Positions 10,331-20,495 of a stretch of 64,000 nucleotides of DNA are shown in pieces (within the stretch, counting starts at the first letter, position 1; every line of letters begins with the position of its first letter). The position numbers and the translations under genes are program-made. Source of the DNA: Candidatus Woesearchaeota archaeon (GTDB taxonomy: Archaea > Nanobdellota > Nanobdellia > Woesearchaeales > JABIAG01); contig JABIAG010000001.1 in assembly GCA_018653365.1 (NCBI GenBank), positions 192,001 to 256,000 on the forward strand. Reading direction: 5' to 3'. The notes under the pieces were generated by a model. It worked only from the letters and a program-made list of their open reading frames with translations. It did not search any database and was not told the origin of the DNA.

Positions 10331-12125
10331 TGTATTCTTAAACGGAAAATACCTTGGAAAAGTAGATGATCCTAAAGCATTCGTAGCTAGTATAAAAGAT
10401 GAACGAAGAAAAAATAAACTAGCTGGAAGCGCTAACGTATTATACAATGATGAACAAAATGAGGTTTACGTATTTAGTGCAGGTGGAAGACTAAGAAAAC
10501 CACTAATCCTTGTAAAAGATGGAAAGTCATTAATGACTGAACAACACGAAAAACAATTAGAAAAAAAAGAAATAAGCTGGACAGACCTGGTAAAACAAGG
10601 AGTAATAGAATACTTAGATGCATCAGAAGAAGAATCAGCATATGTTGCTTTTACTGAAGAAGAAGTAACCGCCGATCACACTCACTTAGAAATTTCACCA
10701 CTAGTAATGTTTGGATTATGTACCTCACTATTTCCTTTTGCAAATTTTACACAAGGAACCAGAGTTTCTATCGGATCCAAAAACCAGAAACAAGCATTAG
10801 GATTTTACGCAGCAAATTATCAATTAAGAATAGACATGGATATAAGTTTATTACACACACCTCAAGTTCCAATAGTAAAATCAGTAATGCATGACGTAGC
10901 CGAATATGAAAAACACCCTTCAGGCCAAAACGTAATAGTTGCCATAATGGGTTATGACGGATACAACATGGATGACGCATTAGTTATCAATAAAGCAAGT
11001 GTTGATCGAGGATTAGCAAGAAGTACTTATTACAGACCTGTAGTTTCAGAAGAATTAAGATACTCTGGTGGACTAACTGATGAAATAAGCATACCTGATA
11101 AAGAAGTAAAAGGTTACAAAAGCGAAAAAGATTACGCATTCTTAGAAGAAGACGGAATTATTAGCGTTGAATCAAATGTAAAAGAGGGCGACGTGATTAT
11201 AGGGAAAACCTCTCCTCCAAGATTTTTATCTGGCTTAGACGAATATAACTTAGCAAGTTCTACTAGAAGAGAATCAAGTTCATCATTAAAACATGGCGAA
11301 AAAGGAATTGTTGATTTTGTACTAGTAAGTGAAAGTTCAAACGGAAACAGACTAATACAGGTAAGATTAAGAGAACAAAGAATACCCGAAGTGGGCGACA
11401 AGTTCACATCTCGACATGGACAAAAAGGAGTAATTGGATTAATCGTTAATCCAGGAGACATGCCATTTACAGCATCAGGATTAACACCTGACTTAATATT
11501 CTCACCTCACGGAATTCCAACCAGAATGACTGTATCCCACTTACTAGAATTATTGGGTGGAAAAATTGGAGCTCTAGCTGGACGATTTGTAGATGGAACA
11601 ACCTTCGAATCAGAAAAAGAAGCAGACCTAAGAAAAGAATTAGCCTCACTAGGATTTAGAGATAACGGAACTGAAACCATGTACAATGGAATTACAGGAA
11701 AAAAATACAAAGCACGAATTTTCGTTGGAAACATGTACTACTTAAAACTAAGACACATGGTATCAAACAAACTTCATGCAAGAGCACGAGGACCAATCCA
11801 ACTATTAACCAGACAACCAACCGAAGGAAGAGCAAAAGAGGGAGGATTACGGTTAGGAGAAATGGAGAAAGATACATTCGTAGCACACGGCGCATCACTA
11901 TTATTAAAAGAAAGATTCGACTCTGATAAAACAATAGTGCCAGTATGTGAAGAGTGCGGACTTATTGCAGTTTATGATAATTATAAAGACAAAACATTCT
12001 GCCCAACCTGTGGTGGAGACGTAAACATATCAAACATAGAACTAAGTTATGCTTTCAAATTATTATTAGATGAATTTAAAACACTAGGGGTTTACCCAAA
12101 ACTAAACCTATCCAACAAATATTGA
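10323..12125 (+). CDS. rpoB1: RNA polymerase subunit B' (Rpo2C)
   Basis: GDKFTSRHGQKG, GGLRLGEME, Zn finger. Confidence 0.97.
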   Translation: MSDVFLNGKYLGKVDDPKAFVASIKDERRKNKLAGSANVLYNDEQNEVYVFSAGGRLRKPLILVKDGKSLMTEQHEKQLEKKEISWTDLVKQGVIEYLDASEEESAYVAFTEEEVTADHTHLEISPLVMFGLCTSLFPFANFTQGTRVSIGSKNQKQALGFYAANYQLRIDMDISLLHTPQVPIVKSVMHDVAEYEKHPSGQNVIVAIMGYDGYNMDDALVINKASVDRGLARSTYYRPVVSEELRYSGGLTDEISIPDKEVKGYKSEKDYAFLEEDGIISVESNVKEGDVIIGKTSPPRFLSGLDEYNLASSTRRESSSSLKHGEKGIVDFVLVSESSNGNRLIQVRLREQRIPEVGDKFTSRHGQKGVIGLIVNPGDMPFTASGLTPDLIFSPHGIPTRMTVSHLLELLGGKIGALAGRFVDGTTFESEKEADLRKELASLGFRDNGTETMYNGITGKKYKARIFVGNMYYLKLRHMVSNKLHARARGPIQLLTRQPTEGRAKEGGLRLGEMEKDTFVAHGASLLLKERFDSDKTIVPVCEECGLIAVYDNYKDKTFCPTCGGDVNISNIELSYAFKLLLDEFKTLGVYPKLNLSNKY

Positions 12126-12132
12126 GGAAAAA

Positions 12133-14709
12133 ATGGAAGAATCAGAAAAATACGTATACAAACGAGTAAGATTCATAGACTTTGGAGTACTATCCCCTAA
12201 AAAAATTAAGGAGATGGCCTCAGCAAAAGTTGTAACTCCTGAATTATATGATAAAGAAGGTTACCCTGTAGATGGAGGCCTAATGGATGTAAGACTAGGA
12301 GTTATCGATCCAGGTCTAAACTGTAAAACTTGCGGATCAAAACTAAAAGAATGTCTAGGACACTTTGGATTCATAGAATTAGCAAGACCATTAATTCACA
12401 TCAAATTCGTATCACAAATACAAGCACTACTTGCAGGAACCTGCAGAGAGTGTGGAATACCTCTAATGACACAAGCTAAAATCGAAAAAGAATTAGCAAA
12501 CATAAAAAAATTAGAAAAAGAGGTTAACCAAACAATCGTTGCAAAATACATTAAAAAAATAATTGCAAGACTAAAAACACAAACTGCTTGTCCACACTGT
12601 AAAGCAAAACAACCAAAAATCAAAATCGAAAAACCAACAACCTTCTTTGAAGCAGAAAAAAGAGTAACACCAATTGAGATAAGAACCAGATTAGAAAAAG
12701 TATCTGATGAACATCTACCTTTGTTTGGAATGAATCCAGAAACTGTAAGACCTGAATGGCTAGTATTAACACTCTTACCCATTCCTCCAGTAACAATGAG
12801 ACCTTCTATCACTTTAGAATCAGGAGAACGATCTGAAGACGATTTAACTCACAAATTGGGAGACATTGTACGTATAAATCAAAGACTTTTTGAAAATATT
12901 AATGCAGGAGCACCAGAAATTATCATCGAAGACCTGTGGGATCTCTTACAATATCACGTAACAACATTTTTCGATAATGCAGTAGCACAATTACCTCCAG
13001 CAAGACACAGATCTGGACAACCACTAAAAACCATTACTGAAAGAATAAAAAGTAAAGAGGGTCGTATTCGTCATAACCTTGCAGGAAAAAGAACAAACTT
13101 TTCAGCAAGAACCGCAATCAGTCCAGACTCAAAATTAAAAATTAATGAAGTAGGAGTTCCCAAAATAATTGCAATGAAACTATCAGTTCCAGAAAAAGTA
13201 ACTGAATGGAACATGGAATACATGAAACAATTTGTAGAAAATGGACCAAAAAAATACCCTGGAGCAAATTACATAGAAAGACCTGATGGAAAAAAGAAAA
13301 AAGTAACCTCTGAAACTAAAGAAGCAGCACTTGAGGAACTACAACCCGGATATGTAATTGAAAGACATCTAATGGACGGAGATATTGCAATCTTTAACAG
13401 ACAACCCTCTCTACACAGAATGAGTATGATGTGTCACAAAGTACGAGTTTTACCCTACAAAACATTCAGAATGAACCCTGCAGTAAACCATCCCTACAAC
13501 GCAGATTATGATGGAGATGAGATGAACCTGCACATACCACAAACAGAAGAAGCAAGAGCAGAAGCAGAAATACTGATGCAAGTACAAACACAATTAATTT
13601 CACCAAGATACGGAAGTTCAGTAATCGGATGTATCCAAGATGCAGTAAGTGGAAATTATGTACTTACAAAATACATGAAAATAACAAAACAAGAAGCAAT
13701 AGATTTACTTTACGCAATTGGCGTAGATGAAATTAACATTACTAAAGAAATATTAGACGGAAAAGAATTAGTATCAGAATTATTCCCAAAAGACTTTGAT
13801 TTTAAAGGAGAATCCAAAACTGGAGAAGAAATCGAAATCAAAAAAGGGAAACTAGTACATGGAGTACTTGACAACGCTAACTTAGGAGGCGGCGGAGCAG
13901 GATTGCTACTAAGAAGAATACATCAAAAATACGGCGAAGAACTAGCAGTAGACCTATTATACAAATTATTCCGACTAGGAATTGAGGTTATAACAAGATA
14001 CGGCTTTACAGCATCACTATCTGATCTAGACCTTCCAGAAACTGCAGAAGAAAAAATTCAAAATGTTCTAAAAGAATCAGAAGGAAAAGTAAAAGAATTC
14101 ATCACACAATATGAAGAAAAAACACTAGAGTTAATTGCAGGTAAAACCCTAAAAGAAACACTAGAACTAAGAATTTTAGAAGCACTAAACAAATCAAGAA
14201 ATGAGGCAGGGGAGTTAGTAGCAGAATATTCCAAAAAAGATTCAAACCTAATGGTAATGGCAACATCAGGAGCAAAAGGAAAGATGATAAACTTTACTCA
14301 GATGTGCGGTTGTGTAGGACAACAGGCTTTAAGAGGACAAAGAATCAATAAAGGATTTAAAAACAGAACTCTATCAGTATTTAAAGTTGGAGAACTAAGT
14401 CCAAAAGCACACGGATTTGTAAGATCAGGATTCAAGGGCGGACTAGGACCTTCAGAATTCTTCTTCCAAGCAATGGTAGGAAGAGATTCACTAATGGATA
14501 CTGCTTTGCGTACACCAAAATCAGGATATCTTTACAGAAGATTAGCAAACGCAATGCAAGACTTGAAGGTAGAATATGATGGTACTGTAAGAGACGCATC
14601 AAACAAAATTATTCAATTCAGTTATGGTGAAGATAACATTGACGTATCAAAATCAGAAAAAGGAATAATCAACGTAAAAAGAATCATACACGAGGTTGAA
14701 CAATCATGA
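12133..14709 (+). CDS. rpoA1: RNA polymerase subunit A' (Rpo1N)
   Basis: Catalytic NADYDGDEMN, FNRQPSLH. Confidence 0.98.
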   Translation: MEESEKYVYKRVRFIDFGVLSPKKIKEMASAKVVTPELYDKEGYPVDGGLMDVRLGVIDPGLNCKTCGSKLKECLGHFGFIELARPLIHIKFVSQIQALLAGTCRECGIPLMTQAKIEKELANIKKLEKEVNQTIVAKYIKKIIARLKTQTACPHCKAKQPKIKIEKPTTFFEAEKRVTPIEIRTRLEKVSDEHLPLFGMNPETVRPEWLVLTLLPIPPVTMRPSITLESGERSEDDLTHKLGDIVRINQRLFENINAGAPEIIIEDLWDLLQYHVTTFFDNAVAQLPPARHRSGQPLKTITERIKSKEGRIRHNLAGKRTNFSARTAISPDSKLKINEVGVPKIIAMKLSVPEKVTEWNMEYMKQFVENGPKKYPGANYIERPDGKKKKVTSETKEAALEELQPGYVIERHLMDGDIAIFNRQPSLHRMSMMCHKVRVLPYKTFRMNPAVNHPYNADYDGDEMNLHIPQTEEARAEAEILMQVQTQLISPRYGSSVIGCIQDAVSGNYVLTKYMKITKQEAIDLLYAIGVDEINITKEILDGKELVSELFPKDFDFKGESKTGEEIEIKKGKLVHGVLDNANLGGGGAGLLLRRIHQKYGEELAVDLLYKLFRLGIEVITRYGFTASLSDLDLPETAEEKIQNVLKESEGKVKEFITQYEEKTLELIAGKTLKETLELRILEALNKSRNEAGELVAEYSKKDSNLMVMATSGAKGKMINFTQMCGCVGQQALRGQRINKGFKNRTLSVFKVGELSPKAHGFVRSGFKGGLGPSEFFFQAMVGRDSLMDTALRTPKSGYLYRRLANAMQDLKVEYDGTVRDASNKIIQFSYGEDNIDVSKSEKGIINVKRIIHEVEQS

Positions 14710-15830
14710 ATATTCCAAAAGAATACCTGAACGAATTTCCTGAAAAAATAATTGACGATTTAAAAGAATCAGGAAAAGGATTGACAGATTCAAAATTCAA
14801 AAAAGTGTTAGAAAAAACACTAGAAGAATACAAAAAAGCAAGAATAACCCCTGGAGAATGTGTTGGCCTAGTTGGAGCTGAAAGTATAGGAGAACCAGGA
14901 ACACAGATGACCTTAAACACATTCCACTTTGCAGGAGTCTCTGAAATGAACGTAACAATGGGACTGCCAAGAATTATTGAAATCCTAGATGGAAGAAAAA
15001 CCATCTCTACACCAATGATGGAAGTATACCTGAAAGGAAAGTTAAGTGGTGAAAAAGTAAAAGCTCACGCTCTAATGCTAAAAGAAACACTATTGGGTGT
15101 TGTAGTTGATGAATTCAATATCGACATAGCAGACCTAAAAATTGATGTACTATTAAAAGAAGATAAACTAACTGAAAGAAGTTTAACCTCTGCAACAGTA
15201 GCAAACGTAATCAAAAAAGCAATCAAAAAAGCAACAGTAACAAAAGAAGACAATACCGTTACTGTTAAACTAACTGGAAAAGATGCATCACTAAACGAAT
15301 TATACAGAACAAAAGAAAAATTAAAAGACGTATTCGTAAGTGGAATAAAAGGAATAAAAGAAGTACTTCCAGTAAAAAGAAAAGAAGAATTCATAATAAT
15401 TACTGCAGGCTCAAACCTGAACGAAGTAATGGCACTAGACTTTGTAGACACTACTAGAACCACTAGTAATGATTTATACGAAGTACACGCCGTGCTAGGA
15501 GTAGAAGCAGCAAGACAACTAATCATAGACGAAGTAATGAAAGTTATGGAGAATCAAGGTTTAAACGTTGATGTTAGACACATAATGCTAGTAGCAGATA
15601 CAATGTGTGTAAACGGAAACATAAAAGGAATTACACGATACGGTGTAGTAAGTGAAAAATCATCCGCTCTAGCAAGAGCATCATTCGAAACTCCAGTAAA
15701 ACATATACTGGCAGCTGCACTGACTGGTGAAAGAGACGAATTAACTTCAGTAGTAGAAAATGTAATGTTAAATCAACCAGTTCCATTAGGAACAGGACTT
15801 CCAGGATTGGTAACTGAGGTGAAAAAGTAA
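14706..15830 (+). CDS. rpoA2: RNA polymerase subunit A'' (Rpo1C)
   Basis: SIGEPGTQMTLNTFHFAG, RASFE. Confidence 0.97.
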   Translation: MNIPKEYLNEFPEKIIDDLKESGKGLTDSKFKKVLEKTLEEYKKARITPGECVGLVGAESIGEPGTQMTLNTFHFAGVSEMNVTMGLPRIIEILDGRKTISTPMMEVYLKGKLSGEKVKAHALMLKETLLGVVVDEFNIDIADLKIDVLLKEDKLTERSLTSATVANVIKKAIKKATVTKEDNTVTVKLTGKDASLNELYRTKEKLKDVFVSGIKGIKEVLPVKRKEEFIIITAGSNLNEVMALDFVDTTRTTSNDLYEVHAVLGVEAARQLIIDEVMKVMENQGLNVDVRHIMLVADTMCVNGNIKGITRYGVVSEKSSALARASFETPVKHILAAALTGERDELTSVVENVMLNQPVPLGTGLPGLVTEVKK

Positions 15831-15831
15831 A

Positions 15832-16122
15832 ATGGCTAAAAAGAAAAAAGCAATTGAAGAAAATGTTTTAAAAATAAAAAAAGCATTAGAAGAAGAAAAA
15901 GTTATTCTTGGAACCAAACAAGTACTGGAAGGACTACGTGAAGGAAAAGTAAAAGAAGTATACGTATCTACAAATTGCCCTCAAGATGTTCTTAAAGACA
16001 TTGAACAACTAGCATCAATTTCTGCAATAGGGGTAATTAATTTGACTCAAGCAAACGACGAACTAGGAGTTGTTTGTAAAAAGCCATTCTCTATTTCAGT
16101 AATGGCAATCAAAAATGAGTAA
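15832..16122 (+). CDS. rpl30e: Ribosomal protein L30e
   Basis: ELGVVCKKPFSISV; operon position. Confidence 0.9.
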   Translation: MAKKKKAIEENVLKIKKALEEEKVILGTKQVLEGLREGKVKEVYVSTNCPQDVLKDIEQLASISAIGVINLTQANDELGVVCKKPFSISVMAIKNE

Positions 16123-16522
16123 AATTCTATACGATATGGAAACAATGAAGTTTTCCACCCTATTTGAATCTATGACTCGATCACGTCTAAAAGATTGCTT
16201 TAAAGACGAAGGATCAATCGTTTTTGTAGTAATGCCAGGTTATATGGCAAAAGCAATAGGCAAAGGTGGAGTAAATGTTAAAAAAGTTAGTTTTAAAATT
16301 AAGAAAGAAATTAAAATAGTCGAATTCAAATCAAATGTTCTAGAATTCGTAAAAGGACTAGTTAGAGTTCCAGGAGTAGAAATTTTTGAAGAAAATGGAA
16401 TAGTAATTAAATGTCCAAATTCAAAAATAAAAGGCCAGGTATTTGGACGAGAACGAGAAAACCTGAAATGGATGAATACATTAGTAAGCAGATATTTTAA
16501 GACAGAAATTAGGGTTGAGTAA
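16115..16522 (+). CDS. nusA: Archaeal NusA (KH domain)
   Basis: AIGKGGVNVK KH motif; operon position. Confidence 0.9.
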   Translation: MSKILYDMETMKFSTLFESMTRSRLKDCFKDEGSIVFVVMPGYMAKAIGKGGVNVKKVSFKIKKEIKIVEFKSNVLEFVKGLVRVPGVEIFEENGIVIKCPNSKIKGQVFGRERENLKWMNTLVSRYFKTEIRVE

Positions 16523-16698
16523 TTCTTAGTGTTTTTTTAATGTAATTAAATAAGAAGGGGGGGTGATAACTTTTTATCCTCTTTAAACCACAACCTTTTT
16601 ACAAACATCATTTTGTCATAGACTGACTTCATTCTGGGTATAAAACTTTCGCATTAGCTACGAAAGCTTTATAAAGGGTTTGAGATTGCTTTTATTTA

Positions 16699-17136
16699 AT
16701 GGGAAAGAAAACTAATGGTATAAATGCAGCTCAAAAGCTGAAGAAACGAAGAAATAGTTCTAACTGGCTTAGCAGAAGTTATAAAAATAAAGTTTTAGGT
16801 CTAAAAGTTAAAGCAGATCCATTAGAAGGAAGTTCACAAGCAAAAGGCATAGTTCTAGAAAAAGTACAAATAGAGGCAAAACAGCCAAACTCAGCAATGA
16901 GAAAATGTGTAAGAGTCCAATTAGTAAAAAACGGAAAACAAATCACAGCATTCTGTCCAGGAGACGGAGCATCAAAAATGATCGATGAACACGACGAAGT
17001 AAACGTAGAGTGCATCGGTGGAAAGATGGGAAAAACCAAAGGAGACCTATCTGGAATAAGATGGCAAGTAATTAAAGTTAATGATCAAAGTCTAACTGCA
17101 CTACTACATGGTAAACTGGAGAAAGCAAGAAGATGA
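16699..17136 (+). CDS. rps12: Ribosomal protein uS12
   Basis: [17 protein letters not shown]. Confidence 0.98.
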   Translation: MGKKTNGINAAQKLKKRRNSSNWLSRSYKNKVLGLKVKADPLEGSSQAKGIVLEKVQIEAKQPNSAMRKCVRVQLVKNGKQITAFCPGDGASKMIDEHDEVNVECIGGKMGKTKGDLSGIRWQVIKVNDQSLTALLHGKLEKARR

Positions 17137-17726
17137 TAAAGTTCTTTGGAAGATGGGATGGCGAAGGAGTAATCGTACAAGATCCTGGACTAAAAGACTA
17201 CATAATTTTAACTCCAAGACTAGTACCAAAAAGATATGGTAGATTCGCAAGTAACAGATTCCACAAATCAAAATGTTCAATCGTAGAAAGACTAGTAAAT
17301 AAAGTAATGGTACCCGGGCATAAAGCAAAAAAACACAAAGCAAGCTCAGGACACATTACTGGAATGAACATACAAGCACTAAGAATCGTAGAAAAAGCAT
17401 TCGAAATCATAGAACAAAGAACAAAACAAAATCCTCTTGCAGTATTTGCTAAAGCTGTTGAAAATGGGGCTCCTAGAGAAGAAATAGTAGCAATCGAATA
17501 CGGCGGAGCAAGATACCCAAAAGCAGTAGAATGCGCACCACAAAGAAGAATAGATCTAGTAATGAGATATGTAACACAAGGAGCATATCAAAAAGCATTC
17601 AAAAAGAAAAAATCAATCTCAGAAACACTAGCAGACGAAATTTTAGCAGCATCTGCAATGAAATCAGAAAGTAACGTACTAGCAAAAAAACACGATTTAG
17701 AAAGACAAGCAGACGCTAGTAGATAA
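17133..17726 (+). CDS. rps7: Ribosomal protein uS7
   Basis: [27 protein letters not shown]. Confidence 0.97.
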   Translation: MIKFFGRWDGEGVIVQDPGLKDYIILTPRLVPKRYGRFASNRFHKSKCSIVERLVNKVMVPGHKAKKHKASSGHITGMNIQALRIVEKAFEIIEQRTKQNPLAVFAKAVENGAPREEIVAIEYGGARYPKAVECAPQRRIDLVMRYVTQGAYQKAFKKKKSISETLADEILAASAMKSESNVLAKKHDLERQADASR

Positions 17727-17792
17727 ACAAATTTCTTAGTAGTTAAGTGAGGAATAGAAATATTTATTAAGATTTTATTCTTAATTCCAATT

Positions 17793-18131
17793 ATGAATTG
17801 GGCAATGGTTCTAATAGGGGTGTTAATAGCTATACTCTTAGCAGTATTCTTATACACTCGCAAAGGTAAAAAACAAAAAACAGACTACTACTCCCTTTTT
17901 ACAATAGGTATAATCTGGGTTGCAATTGGAATTCCCTTAAAAAATGTTGGATTATGGGGATTGGGACTAGCATTCATGGTTGTTGGGCTGGTACATAAAA
18001 GTGAGTGGAAACAAAATATCAAGGATAGAAAAAAGCTAAACACAAAAGAAAGAAAAAAATTACTGTGGATTTTAACAATATTAGGAATTGTAGTATTGTT
18101 AGGGTTTGTAGCTTTCTCAATATTTAATTAG
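17793..18131 (+). CDS. Small membrane protein
   Basis: About four hydrophobic segments. Confidence 0.75.
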   Translation: MNWAMVLIGVLIAILLAVFLYTRKGKKQKTDYYSLFTIGIIWVAIGIPLKNVGLWGLGLAFMVVGLVHKSEWKQNIKDRKKLNTKERKKLLWILTILGIVVLLGFVAFSIFN

Positions 18132-18399
18132 AATATAAAGGATCTGGAGTTTCTTCATGAAGTTCATCCCAGTGTTTATCCTCATCCAATTGAGTTCTAA
18201 TTCGGTTATATGAATTAAGTAAAGATAGGTTTGGTGAGGGCGAATAAGTAAACCACATTTCTTTTTCATCTTCTTGAACTCTGTTAACCGAATATAATGC
18301 TTGGGAATTTTCTTCTGTTTTCACTACAGGAAGCTTTCTTTCTGTTTGTGGTAGAATTGCATGAGATTGTAGTTTTTTCATAGTTTTGAGAAGTTCCAC
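18124..18399 (-). CDS. Hypothetical protein
   Basis: 91-aa ORF downstream of the uppS-like gene. Confidence 0.5.
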   Translation of the reverse strand: MELLKTMKKLQSHAILPQTERKLPVVKTEENSQALYSVNRVQEDEKEMWFTYSPSPNLSLLNSYNRIRTQLDEDKHWDELHEETPDPLYSN

Positions 18400-18422
18400 T
18401 TGTTTTAAAAAGGTAACTGATA

Positions 18423-19118
18423 TTAATTATCTTGATAGAAATCCAGGGCTTTTTTTAGCTCTTTTTTGTCTAAATCATTAAATTCGACCTTAGAAAAGTG
18501 ATGTTTAGAATTATGTGAATCCCAGAGCAAAAACCCGTTTGTAGTATGATCATGAGTGTTCACGATCAAGTCAGGGGGGATGTAATATGATGAATACAGG
18601 TTATCTTTCACTAATTGCTTAGAGAGTTGATCTGGGGCGATCTTCTCATATTGAATACTTCGTAAAATAATTCGTAACGAATTTAAGATTTCTTCTTGAC
18701 CATCATAATTAAGACATAAATTTAGAAAATACTGATCATGATCTGCGGTCTTATCTACAACTGTTTTAATAGCGTCTACGACTTTAGAGGGGAGATCATA
18801 CCATTTACCCAAAACAGAAACTTTTATCCGCTTATCATGAACTAAAGGATTGTCAGCAAGATTATTTAACAAGTCAACAATTGAATCCATGTTCTGAGCA
18901 AAGTTTTCAATATGAAACTGAGATAAGTTAAATGTGAAGATTAGAATTTTATTCTTAATACAAAAATCTACTGACTCAATTAATCTCTTATTTCTTGATT
19001 CTAATGCTGATTCCACCGAAACTGAATTAATATCAGCCCAATATCCTGCATCTTTAACATTAAAAGCAATATGTTTTGGTCTAAGGGAGGTTTTAAACAT
19101 GATTAAAGGGAATGTCAA
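18423..19118 (-). CDS. cis-Prenyltransferase (UppS) homolog with degenerate active site
   Basis: PKHIAF, LNYDGQEEI, PPDLIV, GFLLWD present; DGNxR and RTSG absent. Confidence 0.85.
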   Translation of the reverse strand: MTFPLIMFKTSLRPKHIAFNVKDAGYWADINSVSVESALESRNKRLIESVDFCIKNKILIFTFNLSQFHIENFAQNMDSIVDLLNNLADNPLVHDKRIKVSVLGKWYDLPSKVVDAIKTVVDKTADHDQYFLNLCLNYDGQEEILNSLRIILRSIQYEKIAPDQLSKQLVKDNLYSSYYIPPDLIVNTHDHTTNGFLLWDSHNSKHHFSKVEFNDLDKKELKKALDFYQDN

Positions 19119-19172
19119 GGCAAATATAAAGATAATGGATATATTTAAATATCAAAAGAATAGAGACAAAAA

Positions 19173-19997
19173 ATGCTATTTGAGATAATTGCGGTAATTG
19201 TGTTAACAATTGCAACTTATACAGATATAAAAGAAAGAGAGGTATCAGACTGGTTAAGCTGGGGATTTGTAATCTTTGCATTAGTACTAAGAGGGGTGAT
19301 GTCTATAACACAAAATTCATACTTGCCTATCTTAAAAGGTTTAGTTGGATTTGGATTGTTCTTTGGAGTAGGATATTTGCTGTATAGATTAAACCAGTGG
19401 GGTGGAGCAGATGCAAAAATTCTGGGGGGATTGGGTGCATTGTTTGGAATTTGGATTGTTGGAGGCTTCATGATAAATTTTGTAGTTAATTTATTACTTG
19501 TTGGAGCAGCCTACGGATTAATTTATGGCCTAATTTTAGTATGGAAAAACCGAGCACAAGTAAAACTTGTGAAATTAAAATACACTAAGTTACTAACCTT
19601 TACGGTACTTATTTTGATAATTATCGGAATGTTCTTTTTACCTGATGTGCAACTTAAAATAATGTTCTTAATCTTAATTCTATTAGTATATGCTATGCCT
19701 TATGCAATGGTTGTTTTGACCGCACTACAAACACAAGTACTAAAAAAATGGGTTTCACCCTCAGTATTAACAGAGGGAGACTGGATATCAAAAGATGTAA
19801 TTGTAAAAGGGAAAGTAATCTGTGCAAGAAAAGATAATGGAGTTAGTTTAGCACAAATTAGAAAGTTAAAACGGTTAAAAGTAAAAAAAGTATTAGTAAT
19901 GGAAGGGATACCCTTCTTACCAAGTTTTTTGATTGCATTTATTCTAACTTGGTTAGGTGGAAACTTTATAGTTTTTGTAATAAACATATTAAGGTAA
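19173..19997 (+). CDS. A24 prepilin/prearchaellin peptidase
   Basis: YTDIKEREV, WGGADAK, LTEGDW, GIPFLPSF. Confidence 0.9.
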   Translation: MLFEIIAVIVLTIATYTDIKEREVSDWLSWGFVIFALVLRGVMSITQNSYLPILKGLVGFGLFFGVGYLLYRLNQWGGADAKILGGLGALFGIWIVGGFMINFVVNLLLVGAAYGLIYGLILVWKNRAQVKLVKLKYTKLLTFTVLILIIIGMFFLPDVQLKIMFLILILLVYAMPYAMVVLTALQTQVLKKWVSPSVLTEGDWISKDVIVKGKVICARKDNGVSLAQIRKLKRLKVKKVLVMEGIPFLPSFLIAFILTWLGGNFIVFVINILR

Positions 19998-20495
19998 TCG
20001 GGTAATAACGCTCTTAACCCAAGAAGAATCTTTTATTTCTTGTTTTTCCTCTTTAACTTCTTCTACTTCTTCAGCAGGAGCTTCTTTGCCTAAAACTATT
20101 TTGTTACAAGCATTTTTCAACTTAAGCTCAATCACTCCAAATTCTTCTTTGTCTAATTGTTTTGGTTGCCACTCAAAATTCAAAGAATCATTTTGTTTTC
20201 GCGGAATTATATTAACCGCAAGATGAGGAATCTTCTGGCCTGCGCCTGTTCCATTCTGAATTAAAGTATTTGTTCCTTCAGCACCAAATGCCTCAAATAA
20301 AGCAGATGAAAGAACATTAGCAGTATCAAAAAGTTTTCCTGCAAGTTCTTCAGGAACTTGCTCAAGAATAGTATAATGTTCTTTAGTTGTAAGAATTATG
20401 TGCCCAGGTACTGCAGGAGTATCACTAAGAAAAGCAACAAGGTTTTCATCTTCATAAACCTTTCTTTCAATGTTCTCACAATATTTGCATGTCAT
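19989..20495 (-). CDS. HIT-family protein with degenerate triad
   Basis: CKYC, PGHII, GQKIPHLAVNIIPR. Confidence 0.88.
   Translation of the reverse strand: MTCKYCENIERKVYEDENLVAFLSDTPAVPGHIILTTKEHYTILEQVPEELAGKLFDTANVLSSALFEAFGAEGTNTLIQNGTGAGQKIPHLAVNIIPRKQNDSLNFEWQPKQLDKEEFGVIELKLKNACNKIVLGKEAPAEEVEEVKEEKQEIKDSSWVKSVITRLP

Noticed and set aside
8843-15830. Split rpoB and rpoA as a novelty
   Set aside because: Normal organisation in many archaea
16523-16698. Possible ncRNA between nusA and rps12
   Set aside because: Only a G run and a weak hairpin beside the rps12 promoter; no recognisable RNA family
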